64,000 nucleotides of DNA from Takakia lepidozioides. Its lineage: Eukaryota > Plantae > Bryophyta. Of the stretch, positions 1-11,476 are shown piece after piece (the first letter of the stretch is position 1; each line of letters begins with the position of its first letter). The DNA lies in NCBI GenBank assembly GCA_030704615.1, contig CM060731.1:2852001-2916000 (forward strand), read 5' to 3'. The translations under genes and the position numbers were made by a program. Under the pieces are notes generated by a model, which saw nothing but the letters and a program-made list of their open reading frames with translations, was not told where the DNA came from and made no database searches.

Positions 1-142
1 CCAAGATGGGTGCGTGCCCGGTTTCTTGCCCATACCCACACGTGGGTCTACCTTGTTGTGGATTTGAACTTTACTGATGCACCTTAACACATTTAGCAGG
101 TTTGATTGTGTATTTCCATCTTTTTGATACCACTTTTGGAAT

Positions 143-515
143 AATGCAGAGGGAAGGCTTCAAGTTGGACAGCATCACCTTTATATGTGTTCTCTCTGCA
201 TGCAGCCACACTGGCCTACTGGATGAAGAAAGACGCAACTGGGATTCCCTGAGTCAAGATCATGGTGTCACTAGTGCACTTTGGCTGCACGGTGGACCTT
301 CTTGGACGTGCGGGACAACTGGATGAGCAGTGGACCTGATTAATAAAATGCCATCAATCCAGATGCTGTGGTGTGGAAGGCCTTGCTTGGTGCATGCAGA
401 ATCCATGGCAATGTGGAGATGGCTGAACGTGCGGCAACATCTAGCCTCACGTCCGATGAACAGGATGCCGCGACTTATGTGTTGCTATCAAATATCTATG
501 CTGCAGCTGCCAGGT
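143..515 (+). pseudogene. Frameshifted PLS/E-class pentatricopeptide repeat (PPR) gene fragment
   Basis: Across two frameshifts it reads MQREGFKLDSITFICVLSACSHTGLLDE / VDLLGRAGQLDEAVDLINKMP / PDAVVWKALLGACRIHGNVEMAERAA...YVLLSNIYAAA. These are typical L2-S2-E motifs, with no intact ORF. Confidence 0.85.
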
Positions 516-876
516 GCCAGGTGGGATCCATCTGAGCAGCAGAATGTTCTCCCTGCATTTTCCCAGCGCCTAACAACAAGATGTATGTCTCACATGAGCT
601 TGTGCTTCCTTGTACAACAATTTGACACTTAGAATAGTTTATATAGCTACCGGGACATTAAATTAAGAATCCAAACTTTTGAAATCTACACCAATTGCCC
701 ATAAACAAATGATCAAAGGGGTTAGAAAGGAGCCATGTCGCAGCTGTATTGAGGTATTTTTATCAAGACAATCATTTTTTATCAAGATAATAAAGCTAAA
801 TGTTGAGAAACTAAAGGATGGCCAACAGTCAGCACTTAAGTTGGTTAGTAAACTGAGCGCCACCCAGATGATAGCA

Positions 877-960
877 AGGGGCCTGATTTTGTGAGGGACA
901 GGCCTGATTTGTGAGCTGTCGCTCACAGGTGTTTCCCTTTAAAAAAAATTAAAAAAAAAA
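877..960 (+). mobile_element. 3' fragment of the SINE at 1211-1441
   Basis: ggcctgatttgtgagctgtcgctcacaggtgtttcccttt plus an A-rich tail matches the SINE 3' end gggcctgaattgtgggctgttgctcccaggtttcctttt plus A tail. The ggcctgatt(t)tgtgag unit is duplicated. Confidence 0.65.
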
Positions 961-1210
961 TGATGAGCAACGGATAAACAACCGGATTTCGGTCCAGATG
1001 AAACAAATGCTTAACGAAGGGGAAAATACGGGTTCACCTCTACCTCACTTCCAGGGCATAGATAGAGGTAGCTACACACATCAAACAATGGAATTTGGAA
1101 ACCACCTTATTTTGTGAAAATTGAACGTAGTTCTCAGAATTCGTAGCTAGTAGTGCGGAGCAACGCGAAGCCCTAGTTTGTTCCTTCAATACCATAGAAA
1201 AACAGCACAT

Positions 1211-1441
1211 TGGCTGGTAGCTCAGCTGGTAAATGCACAGTGTGTCGCCCTGGTGGTTCGGGGTTCAAACCGGCTGCTGTGCCCCTGTGTGGGATTGTTC
1301 ATGTCGGTATGTGTGGGCGTTGATCGTCCTGTAGGTCTCATGGCCCATAAATGAAAGGGGGTTAATTCTCCCCCCTCCTCAAGGGCCTGAATTGTGGGCT
1401 GTTGCTCCCAGGTTTCCTTTTCTTTATAAAAAAAAAGAAAA
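1211..1441 (+). mobile_element. tRNA-derived SINE
   Basis: Pol III A box TAGCTCAGCTGG (1218-1229), B box GGTTCAAACC (1262-1271), non-tRNA body and A-rich tail. Imperfect flanking repeat agaaaaacagc / agaaaagagc. Confidence 0.75.
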
Positions 1442-2289
1442 GAGCTAGGCGGAAAGATCTCAGATCTTCTAATTTTTCATTTCCTTTGCCAGCCATGCAA
1501 CGGAGATATGTATATAATTATGTGTTCATTATTACAAGAGGAAGAGGCTCTTATTTGCGCTAGCTCCATTCCCAATTCAACTCCCATCCTATGTCTCTCT
1601 TCTCTCTCTCTCTCTCAAGGAAGGGCATCAGTTCGCAGTTCAAAGAGTTGCTTTTCATAAAAATATCAAGTGGTGTGGGTGGCATTGACAGCTTGCATGG
1701 CCTCATGTATTCGACTTGAATTGGGGTGTCTTCTTTATTGCACAACCAGGTCAGACGTAGATAAAATTTCACCTACTTTCCTTCTCGCTGATGATTTATG
1801 CTAAAGACAGTTCTTTTCTAGCATTTGATCAGCTATTTTGGATCATCAGTAGATTTAACCAAACATCTCAGGGAGTTGGTGGAGGGTTTGGAGAGAATTG
1901 ATTGCATGTGCCCATCATCATTCAGAGGATCTGTGAGAGAGAATGGAGTGAAATTTACAGATTCCAATTTTTCTCCCCTTCATGATATCAATCTACAAAC
2001 ACGTCCATGTAATTTACAGCTTCCATGCCCTCCTGATGCCCCAAGCATCTAAAATCTCGACCCTCCCCCAGGTATTTACTGACAAGCAACCACACTGCTA
2101 TGTACAAATTACACCAGGTCCCAGCACAAAGTCTTGCTAAAGTTATTTTGTGGAAGACCAAAGCGGAAGTATCATTGCTGGAGTCTATTGCGAGAACCCG
2201 CCCTGCAGCTTCCATCAGATGAGCGTAACTAGTTCCTTTGTCCTATACTGCCTCCTGCCTGTGTGACTTGCCTAGACATTTAAGAATGG

Positions 2290-5200
2290 CTAACTGACAG
2301 TTGGCCACTGGGCATCCCCCCATATAATCTCTCTCTCTATCAACAGCAACACCTCCTTCTCTCTTCCCCACACAACATCAACATGCCCTCTCCCTGGCAC
2401 GGGGTAAAGGTCCACAATCTTGAAAGTGCACCTCATTTCTTCAGCCTGTTTGAACTGGCACGATGCATCCGCCTCTCCATGTATCACAAGCACTCGCTGG
2501 CCCCTCTCTTGCAATTTAGTGAGAGCGGGTATCACTGCATGTGTTCCTGCCAGCAATGTGTTGTGGGTGATATGCCATGCAGCATCGTGATAGTTTGTTA
2601 AATAGTCATGGATGAACGATCTTGGATATCTGCAGATAGCCACAGACATCTCTGTAAATATATCCATTCCAGGATTCAGTTACGGACCCGAAAGTTCGCT
2701 GCTAAGGTTGGCTATGAAGTGATTTTACAGGGATGGTACATGGAGAACAACAGTCTTCCTGGAGGTTGTTGTATGGTTCTCCCTCACAGGATGTGAATGA
2801 TAGTAGGAAAATGCCAGTGCGGACTTGCATATAGGCAGATTCACAAATCCAGTTACAGGTTTGGATATTAGTGTGTAAGCTGAGATGGTTAAGTAGCTTG
2901 GAGGCTGACGACAAACACCAATGAGAATATATTCCAGAGAGCTTGACCATTGACATAAAGTGATAAGAAAGAAGCCATACCCGTTCAGGCACCAGTGTAT
3001 CACCGACACCCAGAATTTGTGCCTTGAATAGAAAGAGTGCCCCAAAAACCGGCTAATGTTATAATATTTACTAACTGTCAATGCCCGAATGCCTTTGACC
3101 TGCAAAACCACCATTGAATGTGTGAGGTCGCTGTTCAATCTGAGTTCAAAAGTGGAAGAGCAAAAGGATTCCAAAGCATTCAAACATGAATTCAGTACCA
3201 ACCAATACAGCACGAGCTCTGAGAATGAGCGACAAAGTGCTAGTGCCATAGTAAGAGCCTTACCGACAACGGGTTGATGAACGAGAAGAAAGCGTCACAA
3301 GGAAGCTGGTCTAATTCCCCTTCCGCTCCCGGACATCGAGGCGGATATACCGGGGCAATCAAAGAGATTGACCGGACTCTATCAGGGCACCGTGCTGCCA
3401 ATGCCAGACAGAGAATACAACCCATAGAATGACCCACGAGATGGAAACTTTGTAAGCCATATCTTTGTATCACTGATATCTCTACAGCTTCGAGCTGGTC
3501 AGTTAAGCTGTAAAGACTATCAATGGGTCTTGGACTTCGCCCGCAACCCAGGAGATCAGGTACTAGCACCCGATGCCGTGACTTTATGGGGATGGAGAGG
3601 TTGGGAACGAGGTTGGTATCGAACCAGAAAGTGGAGGAACTGAAAAGTCCATGGATGAATATCACCGCAGTGCAATCTGCACCAAGCCAGAGGCAACACA
3701 AACTTGCATCAAATCTTGGTAAGATGCAGAAGAATTTTGTGGGGGCAGTCCAAAAAGAAATTGCCCGAGAAACAAAAACATCGTAGATTGAGCCAGCTCA
3801 TGTTGCAGAAAAGATATTGCATTAATACACTCTGCTTATCATGGCCTTTTTAGACATAAAGCCCTCCACTTCCTGATTTGGCAGAGCAGAAAAAGGTGGG
3901 GAGAGGGTGAGGAGATAAAACCAGAGGGGAATGGTGCACTGACCTCACAAGTGGACTTACCTTCATGGATGAAATTGCTTCTGGACTTTCAAAAGTTCCT
4001 CCAGAAAGCCTTTACCATAGCATCAACATAGTTTGGAAACCTACTCAGCAAATTGACTGAAGAGCATGTCTGGAACTCTCAAACTGAGCTCCTTTTAACA
4101 TGCCTAGTTTTTCCATTGAAGGTGGTTAGCTCCATCAATTCCATGGTTTGACTCCTCTAAGGAAAGGCTTGTCTGATTTGTGAAATGTTTCTGACGGCAT
4201 TTCTTGGCTTCCTCACTGTAAGACTAGATTTTTGGTTTCTGTAGTTTGCTTTGATGTCCCCTTTCCAGGAGGCCCAAAGGACATAGAGCAAAACAGAGAG
4301 GTACAAGTTTCCATTGCCTCTATACCAAATATCCTTGTCCATAGCATTTCAAGCAAACAATTTCCATTCCAGATAAAGACTGAGAACCAAATAGCAAGCA
4401 AAACCTTACCTTGCATTGACCTGTGTCCACTGAGGCACGGACACAGTGGCTTTGGATAGGAATTTGGTGGTGAGTGTACAAAAGTCAAGCCTTCGCTGCT
4501 AGAATCAGAGTTGGTCAAAGTCTCCCTGCCATAGTGGTCTATATATCTGTCTCCATCCATGGGCAAATCATCACATCGCACAAAGAGGTTCCCTGCTGCC
4601 AAACTCATGGGCATCAAGAGCATGCTACATTCCTGGCAATGACACTCTGACCACCGAGGGTGCATTTTACCTTCTTCCTTTCCCTCCTGAAACCACACAA
4701 AAATGCACAAATTGAATCTTTAAACTCTCTACATTTGCACATTCCCTATTCTTTGGGGTCATATGATGCACTGCCAAAGAAAGCACCAGTACAATGAATT
4801 GTCTAAAAAATAAGATCATACAATTCCTGCCAGGCACGTTCCTTCGAAACGGGTTAGTCGGTTGATCGCCTGAACTGGCACCGAATTAGGAGAGTTTTTG
4901 CAACATTTAAAGTAAAGATGATCTGAGTTGCAATGACCCAATTGGAAATAATTCGTGAAAGAAAGCTAGAACTACTGTCCGCAGACATACTCCCCAGAGA
5001 CAGCGTCAAGCAATCTCCTCGCATTACAACATGGACAATCCACGTTACTAGTGTCTCAAAATAGATAGCATTGTCACGACAGACTTCCTACTGCCGAGTA
5101 CTTCCACTCTGAACATCAAAACATTGTACCTCAGACACACCAACAGATTTTTCCGACTTTTCTTTAGGACCCCAACTGCTGTCTGCCATCGGCGAGATTT

Positions 5201-5699
5201 CATCAACTTGCCATCCCCAGCACCCGCAAGTCAGCCGGTGCCCCTTCCTGGATTTGCTCTTCATTGATCTCCTCCTGATGATTGCACCCCGCCGGGGCTT
5301 AAAGAGAACCTGCTGGTCCGTGGTGCCATGCTTTGCATCTGAAGGCAACACTCTCCGGCTGGTCTCTATGGTCTTAGAGAAGGCATCCGCAAGTGGAAAG
5401 TAATTTGTGTTTGGAGGGGGTCGACCTTCGTGCAAAAAATCGAGGACCCAGTAAAAAGCTCCAAGGATGAGATTGATAAGGGCCATGGAAGCAAGAACCA
5501 ACTCCTCTAGAATAGGCCGAAGATTGACCCCAAATAGTTTCAACAGAGAAATGCGTTTGAATGTGAGAGGGTGGCCCGACCGCCCGCGTTTGGCGATCAC
5601 ATGAGTAGTCCCCCAGCACAGAGCTGCTGCTACCACTGCCAAATACACGGCCGGCGGATGTCGCAAACGTTCCATCATGGGTACACACACCTTCTCCAT
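2290..5699 (-). CDS. BDG: BODYGUARD-like alpha/beta hydrolase (cutin-related lysophospholipase family), about 5 exons
   Basis: Exons ~5699-5130, 4686-4410, 3676-3264, 3099-2980, 2629-2290 with GT-AG ends. Motifs PRWSECHCQEC, VIFIHGLFSSSTFW, DLLGCGRSPRP..SLYSL, nucleophile GHSMG, acid HGEAD and His GRGH. Start codon uncertain. Confidence 0.85.
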
Positions 5700-6604
5700 C
5701 TTTCTCTTCCAAAATCTATAGAGCGGAACTCTCGGTTCCGTCAGCAATCTGGGGTCAAAGGAAGGCGTGGCTCTTGTTAGTGGTCAGATTCTAAGGCACT
5801 CTTAGCGTATTCTTGCAGTTGGTCCTCTATCTGTCCCTCATTACCTGCTGAGCAGTGCACAATCACGACGTCTCTTCTAGTCTCTCTCCCTCCCTCCCCC
5901 TCTCAACAGGAGAAATTCCACAGGCAATAAGGAAGAGAAATTCGGAATTCTCCAAACACAGAAATTATCTGGCCTTCCCATGAAAACCCATGACTTCCCT
6001 CTCTCCACATCACCACCATCAGACCTCTCTCTCTCTCTCTCTCACTCTCAATCCACAATTCGATTCCCCCGCCCCCACAACTGCGAAGATTCAAAAGGCC
6101 TTGAGAGTAGTCCAAAAGCGACGTATGGAAACCAAAAGGCAACGTCCTCAAAAGCGTTGCAAGATGTGAGAGTGAATGTCAAGGCAGCCCGGCCAGCTTC
6201 CGTGTGGGGCCGCCATAGCTCTGCCCGCCCACCGGTTTGTCCGGTCACGACACAGGTAACTCTAAAACTGTTACCGACTAATCGCGTACGTACGACTTTC
6301 AGTCACCCCGCTGTTTGTTTCTTTTTTCCAGTCAACCCAGGCAGGTAACTGGAAAAGTTCGTAAATTCGATGATTTTATCTATTTAAAAATTTATCTAGC
6401 GACTGGCACCAAGCAGTCGAGCTCCGAGATGGTGTTGCCGGTTAGATTGGAGGAGTCACCAACTTTATCCAAATCCTTACTATTACAAAGTTACTTGATG
6501 TGCCACATGCCGTTTAGCGATGGGCTGGAGCAGTAATAGTGTCAGAGCCTAATGCACGCATGCGATTTGACGGTACAGTGGCCGGCTTCAGGCAGCGTCG
6601 GCAC

Positions 6605-6867
6605 CAGTGATTTTTTTCTTAAATTTGAAAAATAGCACGAGTAGCTACAAGAAATAGCTATATAAAATTTGGATAGAATCATCCTCCTATGTAACTCTTT
6701 CATCCATTTATATCGTCCACATTTGGCGAATTCATCCATTGTTTTTTTTTCCTTGTAGAAGTTTGGCGATTTCATCCATGAAAAACTTGGGAATTTACGA
6801 CAGAATATTCTATTTTAATGTTTTGAGGTCGCCATTTGGCGATTTTTCGCCAAGAATAAAAACACTG
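6605..6867. mobile_element. hAT-superfamily non-autonomous element (MITE), 263 bp
   Basis: Termini CAGTGATTTT...AAAAACACTG, 8-bp TSD GTCGGCAC at 6597-6604 and 6868-6875, and three internal TTTGGCGA motifs. Confidence 0.85.
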
Positions 6868-8707
6868 GTCGGCACGTCGGCACCTCTGGTGGCCCCTGCC
6901 AAATCATTGCCACCCCCTCTCACCTATGATTTGCTATTTTAATACCACGACTTGAAGTCCGACTAGTTTTAGTGTGGCGCAGGTATAGGGTGTCATTGTG
7001 CCATGTCATCGTCAACTACATCATCGTCATCATTTCTTTAAGCTGCCCCAGAATTTTTTATTTTTTATTTATTTATTATTTATTAACTTTATTTCTTTCT
7101 TTTGTTTTCTTCTTTAGTCATATTCAATGTAAATATTAATTATGATTAAACCACCAAATAGACATCAATGGTTTGCCCAGTTTTTTAAACCCTCCAAAGT
7201 TCAATGGTTTCCGGTGAGCACACTTCAATTTGCTAAGATATGTTACAATAATACGTATATATGTACATATATATATTGGATATGTACAAAGGTAGAAAGG
7301 GACGTGCGTCGCAATACATTAGCTGGCAAGAGTTACAAAGGATATTGGGAACTCACCGGTGGAAGGTAGAGATCATGAAATTAATTACTAACGTCATAAG
7401 AAATGTCGTACCCAGGTAGTTGATTTCAAATCCCTCCATAGTCATTACTTTGTGTACTACTATGTTGGCAGCTCTCTCTCGTCCCATTTTTAAGTGCTTC
7501 TTAGTTTTTCGTTGGCTTGTTATATGGCCCACCCTCGAAAGGGGGCAGTAGCCGCGAGGCGAAGTGGCTCTTAGTTACGCCGGCTCCGGCCAAAGTCTTC
7601 TCTCTCTCTCTTTCTTTCGTTGGCTTTATTTTGGCCTTTGTAGTTGCTTAAGTTATTTTGGTACCGACGGAGTGGTATCCCTAAAGCCTCATGATTCCTT
7701 ACGATATTAATTTTTTCTTGCTCTAAGATCCCGGGCCATTGTCCCTTGTTTAAGGGGGGGGAAATCAACTACAATCACAACACCAAATAGATGGTGTCAC
7801 CCAATGCACTGAGAAGCGCAATACTCTCGTACATTTGAAAGACAAGATGCATGTGGTTTCTAGGAAATTCTACACCCACTGTACTCTCAATGCTTTTGGC
7901 ACTTCTGTCCTTTGACTAATTGCAAATTGAAGCAGGGAAAACATGGATCAAACTCTCTGCAAACATATGCAATCATCCAGTGGCTCAACATTGACTCCAC
8001 AATGCTTTCCAAGATGTGTGGGGCAAGGAATCATATGCTCAAGCCCTTTGTTAGACGTCTGCAACTCTCCAGCGTTGGGTCGCACAAAACTACTTGAGGG
8101 GCATGTTAAGATACTTTTGCCTCCACTCACCCAAATTTGAACATGATAAAGTGAAGGGGAAACATCCAGCCTGTAAATTAAGCTTCAACAAATATTGATT
8201 GTCACTCTTAGCTCCAAGAGAGGCTTCTAGATCAATGCCGTGGCACGGGTCATCTCTTACACTTTCTTAGTTGGAGCACTGTTCCATCATTGTTCTCTCT
8301 TAGGCGGGGGTTACAGAGTTTTGGCCTTGATTTCTCCTGTTTTTCTATGTCATGGCTTATACGCTTGCTACTGTTGGTTCTTCATCTTTTTGGGGACTAA
8401 GTTGATAATGGTCGCCTTGCCTTGGTCTTTCGCGTTTAGCCTGTTTGGCTCTCGTCACGGTTTTTGGCTAAATTACTTGTCTCCTCTCTCATTTCGTCTG
8501 GGCTCGTCCTTCACCCTTGGGTGTGTATATTTCAACATCATGGCTACGTGTTTGGGATTAAATTTTTTGCACTGGAACATCAGTAAAATTAAATTGCTTC
8601 TGCCTCTAGGAAAAGACTAAAACCAAAAAACTAAAACTAAAATTTAGAGACTCACTGACGATGAAGAACACTAATTATGTCCGAACTTAACACACACGCA
8701 CAATCTT

Positions 8708-8970
8708 TGGCAGGACGGTACGCCAATTTTTGACACGTCAAATCTTTTCCATCCCCTCCGCAGAGTGACATGGAATTGAAGGGAGTCAACGTGACTTTGG
8801 GTTACATGAGAGGTTACGTGTGGTGACACTTAGGTGACGCTACATTACATGCCCAAGGTTACACGGGAGGACTGCAACTTCACCACGAGGTTACACCAAA
8901 GGGAGTGACATAACTTCGGTTGGTGTAACTCATTTTTGGTCTCAAAATTTGACACAGTCTGATCTGCCTA
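8708..8970. mobile_element. Possible degenerate MITE with GTTACA-type internal repeats
   Basis: Imperfect terminal inverted similarity (ggcag...caatttttgac vs tcaaaatttgac...ctgcc) and many GGTTACA/GTGACA motifs. No TSD found. Confidence 0.3.
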
Positions 8971-10989
8971 TGAAAAGATGAGTTACACAGGACATAGAAT
9001 ACAGACCTATCATCTGCAATTGAACCCCACTCTTTGCCACCTTTATTGCCATCACCTCACCACTGCTTATCAACCTCTTGCATTCTAAGCTTCAAATACT
9101 AAGGTTGCGCAACCTCTGCGCTACTATTGATGACTTAACTACAAAAACTTCAATGTTTATTTCTGATTGGAAATATATTTTATCCGGGAAAAAATAGGAA
9201 TAATGTAAGAACTTAATGCAAGTGTGTGAATCTGACTATACTTGCGCCAGATTTAGGGAGCGTCGATTCCTAGAGCTTTGTTTAGAAAAAGAGCTTTGTT
9301 GAGAAAAAGAAACGCCCTTCCACATTGCTCTAGTTACAACAGTTAGAAAGTATTTATCTTTCGAATGGAAGGCAATAGCCTTTCATAGTGAAGTGACACC
9401 CATACGTTACATGTACTTTGGCAAGATTATTTAAAAAAAAAATTATGGTTCAATATATATTTAACTTCTAAATTTTAAAGTAAAAAATCATTTTTATAAT
9501 ATTTTATATCAACTTCAAAAGTCAAAACATATTCAATCAATCAATGGTATTGTTCTTATTATTAACAAAAACTCTGACGTAACTAAGAGCCATTCTATGA
9601 CTACTACTCTTGTCAAGGGTAGTAAATTCAAGAAATTTAAACATAGAGATGTGCATACATCTAGTATCTATCATAGAGTTTGTTGATGTGTATTTATAAT
9701 ATGTTAATGAATCTATATCTTTATTTATCTAAAATATGGACAAGAGGTAAAACCCAATATCAAGAATCTTCACATTTTCATTAGCTACTAATGTGGCATA
9801 CTAAGTGTGTTATTTGAGCACATATTGTACAGTCATTTTATAATCCAAAAATCCCAATTTGCTGTTTTTCATGAATTTTCCAGTGTGTACACAAATACTT
9901 GAGATTCCATATCTCAACACCGCAAGTCCAAAAATTATGAAACCGCCTCGATGCACCCTACTCATCAAAGGGCTTTCCGGTGGCATCAAAACCATGGGTG
10001 GAGTCGGAGGCCTTGCGGTTTGGGAGATCTCAGTGACGCTACAAAACAAAACAAAAATCAACAAACCAAATTAACTTGTTTAATATATTCACAATATCCC
10101 CACCCCAGCCGCTAACAGATGCGACATATTATGGTATGGTCTTGTTAGGTAATGTATTGCAGCAAGTTGCGTCCCTTCGACCTCTATAGAACAACCTGGG
10201 GACAATGCTTCTCATTCCTCATATTTATGAAGCTCTATCTTTATCAGAATACAAAATTTGTCCCGGATCATTCTAAATTTCATTAATGTAACTTATTACG
10301 GATGAAAGGCCTACAACAATAAACTTACTAGGAAAATTTGTTGTGTATCGTATTATAATCATATTGTGAAAACTGTGCGGGGATAGTATGATCTTTGGAG
10401 AGGTTATCGTCAACCGTAAAGACTTTGAGGTTAGACTATATTTATGCATTATTTGGTGTTTGAAAGATCGTAGTCACCATCATTGTCGTTCTTTTTTTTA
10501 TTTAGTAATGTTATCATTCAAAATCATCCATGGCCGCACGACACTGCAATTTTTAGATTATCATTGTTGGTCTCGCGCTTAACTTGTTGGGCCCTTGATG
10601 TTTAAATTGTCTTGTCGTCTCAACCACCCTGTTTTTGGCTAGATAACTAACTTATGTAGTTAGAGTAACAAAAAATTTGTCATGTGAGAGAAACATGTAA
10701 GAAGTTGGAAGTAAAGTGAAAATACACATTCTAAAGAGTTTGCGAAATTGTCAGATTCCACTTGTTTCAGCTTCCAAGCTTGTTTCTTTTCAGAAAATTT
10801 CTTAAATTAGGCATCTCGGATGTGTAATTTTTTCAAATTAGGCAACTAAAAATAATGATCACAAATTGGCGTACAGTGATATGGTTAGATATTCATTAAA
10901 CCTTGAACACTGCTGATCAAAATCCTGGGCTACAGAATAGTAGCACCCTATAGACTCTAGAGTATGAATAGTTACAATAATGACCGTTA

Positions 10990-11476
10990 CTCTCCAAAAT
11001 CTTGGGAGGGCATTTTATCTTAGGGCCAAAAAACTTGACATTCTATTAACCATAATGGTGACAGTGCCACATGCCTCGGTTTCAAGGTTCTCAGCGCAAG
11101 AGGGCTGGCTCCCATTGGCAAAAGAACCTTAGCCAAAGCGGGTCTGTTCTTCATAAGAGTCATTGACTGTGTCTCAAAGCTTAATCTACTGGGGCAAGCG
11201 AGTCATTGGGCGCACTTCAATTGGTTTTTCAGAAAGTCACTTGCAGGGTTGCAGTTGGATCCCGGGGAATGGTACTGGATGGATACAGCTCGCTCCCCAT
11301 TCTTTGTCTACTCTGTTAAACTTGGTTACTCTCTTCTCTCACCACCCCATTCCTTCTTCAGTAAATGGGTGAACAAATGGGGATCACTTTTGCAAAGTGA
11401 ATTTAATTGGTCTCAAATCTGGAAAGATCAGATCCTGGGGATATCACTTCTTGTAAAATATTGTTACCATATGTGA
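10990..11476 (+). mobile_element. Possible highly degenerate L1-type LINE remnant
   Basis: Broken peptides PKSWEG and SKWVNKWGSLLQSEFNWSQIWK resemble the Trp-rich region after the RT of plant L1s. Weak evidence. Confidence 0.3.

Noticed and set aside
632-1176. Non-autonomous Helitron ending in gcggagcaacgcgaagccctag
   Set aside because: The CTAG end is suggestive, but the hairpin is poor and no 5' TC terminus is definable.
1211-1290. Functional tRNA gene
   Set aside because: A and B boxes are present, but there is no convincing cloverleaf or acceptor stem, and it continues into a SINE body with an A tail.
7800-8620. Short ORFs or LINE zinc-finger remnant
   Set aside because: Only a vague C..CG..E motif; no supportable homology.
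9810-10074. Overlapping 71- and 84-aa ORFs
   Set aside because: No recognisable domain. They sit in AT-rich intergenic DNA and look like a dispersed repeat.
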